Shown here one piece after another: positions 17,217 through 22,481 of a DNA stretch of 22,481 nucleotides; the first letter of the stretch is position 1; each line of letters opens with the position of its first letter. This DNA comes from an uncultured bacterium (GTDB taxonomy: Bacteria; T1Sed10-126). The stretch spans positions 1 to 22,481 of the forward strand of contig CAZMIT010000017.1 of assembly GCA_964566495.1 (NCBI GenBank). The letters run 5' to 3'. The notes below the pieces were generated by a model, which was not told the origin of the DNA, searched no databases, and worked only from the letters and a program-made list of their open reading frames with translations. Made by a program: the position numbers and the translations under genes.

Positions 17217-17739
17217 TCAATACTCGCAGGATTTTACCAAAATTCGGGGAGAGAAGCGCAAGTCACGTATACTGGTCGCATACACGTTAGCGTTCGTCGT
17301 TCTTTTCCTGGACCAGTTGACCAAATTTTTAGTGGAATACCAGCTCCGCATCCCCGGCAATCGCGTCCGAGTTGTCTCCTTTCTGGATTTTTTTAATATC
17401 GTTTACGTTCAAAATCCAGGGGCCGCCTGGGGTATTCTGCAGGGCTACTGGTATATTTTTGTTCTGGCCGCCCTGATTGCAACAGTTGTATGTGTCTGGA
17501 TAATCCATTACTATCCGGACCATAGCTTACGCTTCCCTATTGCACTGATACTGGGTGGTACACTGGGGAATTTAATTGACCGCCTGTTTATTGCAGGAGG
17601 TGTCGTCGATTTCCTCGACCTTGGTATTAGTAACTGGCGCTGGCCGGCCTTTAACGTTGCTGATGCCGCGCTTACCGTGGCTGTCGTCTGGCTGATTAAA
17701 ATAATTATTTTTTCACCGGGGTTTCAACACGGTGAATGA
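17206..17739 (+). CDS. lspA: Lipoprotein signal peptidase II
   Basis: LDQLTK, NPGAAWG, GNLIDR, VVDF and FNVAD. Canonical ileS-lspA order. Confidence 0.96.
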   Translation: MKVDQYSQDFTKIRGEKRKSRILVAYTLAFVVLFLDQLTKFLVEYQLRIPGNRVRVVSFLDFFNIVYVQNPGAAWGILQGYWYIFVLAALIATVVCVWIIHYYPDHSLRFPIALILGGTLGNLIDRLFIAGGVVDFLDLGISNWRWPAFNVADAALTVAVVWLIKIIIFSPGFQHGE

Positions 17740-18634
17740 GAATATTTCTGTTGAACGACGGGAGCGAATTGATAAATACTTAGCCTCGCAACTGAACCTC
17801 TCTCGCAGTCGTATTCAAAAAATAATCACTGCCGGAAAAGTTCTGCTCAATAATTCTCCGGTTCGAGATAAAAGCCAACTGGTGAAGCCGGACGACAGTC
17901 TGCAAGTAGAACTCCCCGATGAAATTCACAGCAACAGAGTAAGACCTGAGGACAAGCCCTTATCGGTTCTATATGAGGATGAATACCTGTTGGCCGTCGA
18001 CAAACCATCCGGTATAATAGTTCATCCGGTCAGACACCCGTCGGCCGGCGATGATTTGGTCTCCGGGACTCTTGTCAACAGGTTGCTTTACCACTATCCT
18101 GAGCTAAAACAGGTTGGTGGAAGCGAGCGCGCCGGTCTGGTCCACCGGCTTGATCGAGGGACCAGCGGTGTTTTACTGGTCGCCCGTTCTACCGAGGTGC
18201 TCCTGCGGTTGCAGGAACAATTTAAAAAGAGAAGCGTTCGTAAAAAATATCGAGCTATCTGTGGCGGACGCATGGATGAGCCGAGAATACGCGTGGAAGT
18301 GCCACTGGCCCGTGACCCGGGTAACCCTTTGCTGCGGTGTGCTGATGCTGAAGGTAAACGAGCTGTTACTACTTTTGAAAAAAGGGGTGAGGATAGCACC
18401 AGAGTTGCGCTTGATTGCAAGCCGGTTACCGGTCGCACCCATCAGATCAGGGTTCACGCCAGTTATATTGATTTACCCATAATTGGTGATAATAAATACG
18501 CCGGGAGAGCGGCCGATCGTTTGATGCTTCACGCACAAGCTATTGAGTTTAATCACCCGATTAATAATGAGAAGGTTAGAATCAAATCTAATTCACCGGA
18601 GGTGTTCGAGCAGTTATGGCAAGAGATAGTTTAA
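17732..18634 (+). CDS. rluD: RluA/RluD-family pseudouridine synthase with N-terminal S4 domain
   Basis: RIDKYLA...SRSRIQ (S4), VDKPSG, VHRLDRGTSG, TGRTHQIRVH and LHA. GTG start. Confidence 0.92.
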   Translation: MNENISVERRERIDKYLASQLNLSRSRIQKIITAGKVLLNNSPVRDKSQLVKPDDSLQVELPDEIHSNRVRPEDKPLSVLYEDEYLLAVDKPSGIIVHPVRHPSAGDDLVSGTLVNRLLYHYPELKQVGGSERAGLVHRLDRGTSGVLLVARSTEVLLRLQEQFKKRSVRKKYRAICGGRMDEPRIRVEVPLARDPGNPLLRCADAEGKRAVTTFEKRGEDSTRVALDCKPVTGRTHQIRVHASYIDLPIIGDNKYAGRAADRLMLHAQAIEFNHPINNEKVRIKSNSPEVFEQLWQEIV

Positions 18635-19296
18635 AGTTTTCGCTTATCGTTTCTCTCGCATTCGCTATTTTACTGGTTCCATTAACAACTGTTCAGGCTG
18701 AACAGGATGAAATAATAGAGCGACTGCGACTTGACCTGGAAGAAGCTGAACAGCGTAATCGGCGACTTGAACAAGAGCTGGAAGAACAGGAGGAGGAAAA
18801 AGAGCGTCTGCGTCAGAAAATTGACGAGCTTGAAGCAGAGCTGGAGGTGTCGACGCCGGCGGTTGCTCCGGAGACTGTAGAAATTGAGGAGGCCGACACC
18901 GAGGAGGTAGATGAACCGCTTCCTGAAACGGTAGAGGAGGTATCGGAACCTGAGTCAGAGCACATTGTCGAGCGTGCCGATACGCTTCCTGAACCTGTTG
19001 AGAGCGTGGAACGGACTCTTAAGAACGTGCACGGAGAACGCCCTGAACTTTACTGGGAATACGGTCCGCACCGGGCTTACCCGATTCTGGCCCGCCCCCT
19101 GCAGCGCCATCTCGTCAAAACTATCACGGCTGACGATTCTCTGACTAAGTTAGCCCACCAGTTCTACCATGATTCTGATTACTGGGAGCTTATTCACCAG
19201 TATAACTCCGAAATAATTGCCGACCCCAATGCTTTGCCGGGGGGGCGTGAGATTGATTTACCTCCAATTTACGACCTGGAATATCTGCGCGACTGA
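18616..19296 (+). CDS. Secreted coiled-coil protein with acidic linker and C-terminal LysM domain
   Basis: Signal peptide ending VQA, E-rich heptads, then TITADDSLTKLAHQFY...WELIHQYN...DPNALPGGREIDLP (LysM pattern). Confidence 0.8.
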   Translation: MARDSLKFSLIVSLAFAILLVPLTTVQAEQDEIIERLRLDLEEAEQRNRRLEQELEEQEEEKERLRQKIDELEAELEVSTPAVAPETVEIEEADTEEVDEPLPETVEEVSEPESEHIVERADTLPEPVESVERTLKNVHGERPELYWEYGPHRAYPILARPLQRHLVKTITADDSLTKLAHQFYHDSDYWELIHQYNSEIIADPNALPGGREIDLPPIYDLEYLRD

Positions 19297-19319
19297 CTTC
19301 AAACAGTAGGTGATTTTGT

Positions 19320-20045
19320 TTGCGACCTGATGGACGAGAAAATGATGAACTGCGCGAAGTTGACATTGAAACTGACTACATCGTTTATCCCGAGGGATCG
19401 GTTCTGATCTCCACCGGTAGAACCCGGGTGCTCTGCAATGCCTCAGTGGATGAAAGTCAGCCTTACCACCTGCAGCACTCCGATACCGGCTGGGTTACGG
19501 CAGAATATAGTATGCTGCCGCGATCAGCTCCGCATCGCCAGGTTAGAGAAGTGGTTCACGGACATCGCAAGGGTCGCACCTACGAGATTCAACGTTTAAT
19601 CGGCAGGACTTTTCGGGCCGTGGTTGATCTTGAGAAGCTTGGACCAAGGACAATCTGGGTCGACTGTGACGTGCTGCAGGCAGACGGCGGCACTCGCACT
19701 GCTTCAATAACCGGCGGTTTTGTCGCTTTGCGGCTGGCAGTGGACCATCTTTTGAGAAAAAAACGAGTGGAAGAGGATCCTATAAAACAGCAGCTTGCCG
19801 CGGTCAGCGTCGGTAGAGTTGACGGTGAGATAATGCTTGACTTGAATTACGAAGAGGATAATAAAGCTGAGGTTGACGTTAATTTTGCCCTGACTGGCGA
19901 CGGTCGTATTGCCGAAATACAGGCTTCTGGAGAAGAGGCTCTGTTCACATCTGCTGAATACGATGACTTTTATGAACTGGCGCAGGAGGGCGTGGAAAAC
20001 TTGGTAGAGCTGCAGGACAGGGCGCTGGAAGAAGCAAATGGATAG
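19320..20045 (+). CDS. rph: Ribonuclease PH
   Basis: RPDGR, GWVTAEYSMLP, GRTYEIQRLIGR, DVLQADGGTRTASITG and LDLNYEED. TTG start. Confidence 0.97.
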   Translation: MRPDGRENDELREVDIETDYIVYPEGSVLISTGRTRVLCNASVDESQPYHLQHSDTGWVTAEYSMLPRSAPHRQVREVVHGHRKGRTYEIQRLIGRTFRAVVDLEKLGPRTIWVDCDVLQADGGTRTASITGGFVALRLAVDHLLRKKRVEEDPIKQQLAAVSVGRVDGEIMLDLNYEEDNKAEVDVNFALTGDGRIAEIQASGEEALFTSAEYDDFYELAQEGVENLVELQDRALEEANG

Positions 20046-20649
20046 AATAGTATTGGCGACCGGCAACCGCCATAAATATCGAGAGATGCGGGAGGAATTT
20101 GACGAACTTGAAGTTGATCTTGTCTCGCCGTTTGAGCTTGAATTTGAGCTTCGCCGTCCTGAGTCGGGCGAGAACTACCTGGAAAACGCCCGTATAAAAG
20201 CGGACGAAGCTCATGATAAAACTGGTCTGCCGTCGCTGGCGGACGACTCCGGTCTGGAGGTTGAGGCGCTGGATGGTGCGCCGGGGATACACTCCTCGCG
20301 CTGGGCGGGGACGGATGCCGACGCCGCTGATCGTAACAGGCTGCTTTTGGATAAACTGACTGATCTGCCGCCGGATGAAAGGGCCGCGAGATACGTTTGT
20401 GAAATGGTGCTTGTCGATTCCGATGGTCAACTTTTTCATACCCGGGGGATCTGTGAAGGACGAATTTCTACTGAACCGCGGGGCGATTGTGGTTTTGGCT
20501 ACGACCCGATTTTTGAGGTTAAAGAGGCCGACTGGAAGACCTTTGGAGAGCTTCCTGCTCGGGTGAAAAAGTGGCTCAGCCACCGGGCGCTTGCACTTAA
20601 TAAAATGGTCAGCTTAATTCGTAAACAAATTACCGGGGAACGGAGCTGA
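20038..20649 (+). CDS. rdgB: Non-canonical purine NTP pyrophosphatase (XTP/dITP)
   Basis: ATGNRHK, ENARIKA, ADDSGLEV, GFGYDPIF and SHR. Conserved rph-rdgB pairing. Confidence 0.96.
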   Translation: MDRIVLATGNRHKYREMREEFDELEVDLVSPFELEFELRRPESGENYLENARIKADEAHDKTGLPSLADDSGLEVEALDGAPGIHSSRWAGTDADAADRNRLLLDKLTDLPPDERAARYVCEMVLVDSDGQLFHTRGICEGRISTEPRGDCGFGYDPIFEVKEADWKTFGELPARVKKWLSHRALALNKMVSLIRKQITGERS

Positions 20650-20655
20650 TTTTCA

Positions 20656-21384
20656 TTGTTATCGGAAGATGATTCCAATCTTTACACAGGGACATTGCTA
20701 AACCTTATTCTACCCCCGGTGGCCGGAATGTTAACGGTTCTCTTTTTAATAACCTTTCTTTACTGGTTGAGTCTCAGCCTGTTTGTGCGGGTGCAGCCCG
20801 AAGTAAGCGGGGTTACCTATCCAGTTGTTGAACTGGTAGGATATCCGGCGGCGGCTGTTGCAATAGTAGTTGTCTTAACATCAGCTGCCATTCTGCTTGC
20901 CGGCATACGAACCTTAAAGGCTTTCGCGCCGCCGCTTCAACGGTTAAAAGAGATGGAAGCCGAGGGAGGAGTCGCTGACGATATTCTTGCCCGGGCTCGG
21001 GTCTGGTTTTATGGTCAGCTGCGTCGGCGGATTCTGCTCTTTATTATTGTTAGCATGGGGACAACTTTTCTTTTGCTGGCCGGACTTTACTTACTTGTTC
21101 TTAATCATCTTTTTAGTCTACTCACGGGCTACCCGCGGTTAATTGAATCCATACTTACTTATCTTCGTTACTACGGGGTCCTTGTTTTCTTTGCTCTTCT
21201 GCTAAGCGGCTTCTTCGTTACGTTGATTTCCCTGCGCCAACTGGCCCAGGTCGTCGGCGTTAGCGACTCCGAACTGTCGGAATTTTCCTGTGAGCAAGAT
21301 CGCTATGCTGACCTGGATGAACTTGAGGCAGAACTGGAGCGGCAGTTTTTTGACCTACCAGATCGATCTGGGGAGGTCAGTTGA
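20656..21384 (+). CDS. Hypothetical membrane protein (about 4 TM, two similar 2-TM halves)
   Basis: Four hydrophobic segments and an acidic C-terminal tail; tight spacing with neighbours. TTG start is uncertain. Confidence 0.7.
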   Translation: MLSEDDSNLYTGTLLNLILPPVAGMLTVLFLITFLYWLSLSLFVRVQPEVSGVTYPVVELVGYPAAAVAIVVVLTSAAILLAGIRTLKAFAPPLQRLKEMEAEGGVADDILARARVWFYGQLRRRILLFIIVSMGTTFLLLAGLYLLVLNHLFSLLTGYPRLIESILTYLRYYGVLVFFALLLSGFFVTLISLRQLAQVVGVSDSELSEFSCEQDRYADLDELEAELERQFFDLPDRSGEVS

Positions 21385-21388
21385 TTTA

Positions 21389-22402
21389 GTGGAAGAAGCC
21401 GAGCATTCCTCGCGCCCGCTTGAAAATAAAGGCTGGACTTACAGTGCGGGCCGGCAGGCGGCAATTGTGATCTACTGCTCCTCAGAACACCGCAAATTAA
21501 ATGTTCTTTCAGTGATTGCTTTAGAGGTTGACCCGGACCAGGAAAAAGTTAATTCTCTGGTTGTCCTGGCGGCTGACGAGGCAGAAATTTTGGATGAATT
21601 TGATTATAATGAACAGCCTTACAGGCTTTACCAGAACTTAAAAATGGCAGTGCGAGATTCTGACGACGAAAAAATCAGTCGTGATTCTTCAAGAGTTAAA
21701 AAGCGGCTGGAGGATTATTTTAACTCCTCGCTTACACTCCGTTCAATTGCCCATGATTTGCGGGAAAATGAAGTTGAGACCGTGGAAGAACAGGTGCGGG
21801 AATTCGTCAAAAACAGTCTGCTTGGCGCTGCCGACTGCGAGGTTAAGTTAAGAGTTTCTCCCTGGCGCCGGCCTGAGGTCGCGGAATATACAGAACGCCA
21901 GGAGGAGAAAAATAACCAGGAGGAAGCCAGAAAACCAAACGGGGTTGTCGGCCAAATCGAAGCTAACGCCGCCCATCTGCTCGCCGTTGAGACCTGTATA
22001 GATCCCCTGGCCGGGCAGGAGTTGAATGATTTACGCCTCGGCGATGAGATCCTGGTGCGGGTGGTAGGAGAATCACTGGAAAGCCTGAACAGTTCACTAA
22101 TCGATGAAGAAGTCTCTGAGGATTACCTGGTTTCTCGACCGATTCCGGCCGAGCTGGCGGCACTTAAGTTAGGTGATAAGCGGGGAGAAATACAGTTCTG
22201 GGCTAAATTTAAGGAACGTGTCTACGGTCGTGGGGTTCAGCCTGACCAGGCCCGGGTAAAATTACATCGGTCCGCCGCTGAAGATAACGAGACCCTGGCA
22301 ACAATGGTTCAATATTTAGCCACTTTTATGATAATTTTGTCACTTGCTATTTTTCTACTACTAATCGGGGTACCTGAATTATTTTTTGCCCTGGTGTTTT
22401 AA
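21389..22402 (+). CDS. Hypothetical acidic protein with C-terminal membrane anchor (possibly DUF4899-like)
   Basis: Long ORF (frame open from 21290); likely start is GTG 21389 after GGAGG 21372-21376. Contains IDPLAGQELNDLRLGDEILVRV and a terminal TM helix. Family resemblance is from memory only. Confidence 0.7.
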   Translation: MEEAEHSSRPLENKGWTYSAGRQAAIVIYCSSEHRKLNVLSVIALEVDPDQEKVNSLVVLAADEAEILDEFDYNEQPYRLYQNLKMAVRDSDDEKISRDSSRVKKRLEDYFNSSLTLRSIAHDLRENEVETVEEQVREFVKNSLLGAADCEVKLRVSPWRRPEVAEYTERQEEKNNQEEARKPNGVVGQIEANAAHLLAVETCIDPLAGQELNDLRLGDEILVRVVGESLESLNSSLIDEEVSEDYLVSRPIPAELAALKLGDKRGEIQFWAKFKERVYGRGVQPDQARVKLHRSAAEDNETLATMVQYLATFMIILSLAIFLLLIGVPELFFALVF

Positions 22403-22410
22403 TCCTAAGC

Positions 22411-22476
22411 CGGCCTATGTATAGGCCGCCCAAAGGGTCGCCCATTCGTCAAATGGGCTGGGTGTCCTTTGGACGG
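22411..22476. other. Structured non-coding element at the window edge
   Basis: CGGCCTA-TGTA-TAGGCCG hairpin, then CCGCCCAAAGG...CCTTTGGACGG enclosing GCCCATT-CGTCA-AATGGGC. Confidence 0.5.
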
Positions 22477-22481
22477 ATAAT

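Noticed and set aside
19945..20583. Long antisense ORFs (this 212-aa one, 7821-8342, 6103-6579, 11159-11623 and others)
   Set aside because: They lie opposite well-conserved genes and have no motifs; shadow ORFs.
22403..22481. tRNA-like fold (7-nt loop TCGTCAA on +, TTGACGA on -)
   Set aside because: No TTCRA T-loop and no proper 7-bp acceptor stem on either strand.

Overview
Bacterial chromosomal window with every credible gene on the + strand and many D/E-rich proteins, possibly from a salt-adapted lineage. It opens with tRNA-Asp(GTC), whose 3' half and downstream flank are duplicated as a perfect 153-bp direct repeat (212-bp period) enclosing an antisense-closed multi-hairpin element. Next is a nucleoside/DNA-catabolism cluster: GH94 phosphorylase, purine nucleoside phosphorylase, a degenerate RecJ-like scaffold carrying an intact DEDDh exonuclease, DUF3006-like protein, then a REP-like tandem repeat, adenosine deaminase, cytidine deaminase and dGTPase. 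The rest is an orphan receiver protein, gatCAB with a structured leader, a degenerate MCP-like protein, sigma28-driven flgM, ileS-lspA-RluA-LysM-rph-rdgB, two hypothetical membrane proteins and a structured element cut by the window edge. The best candidates for novelty are the RecJ/DEDDh chimera within the GH94-PNP salvage operon and the tRNA-anchored repeat element. All calls come from motif recognition by eye; no searches were run.
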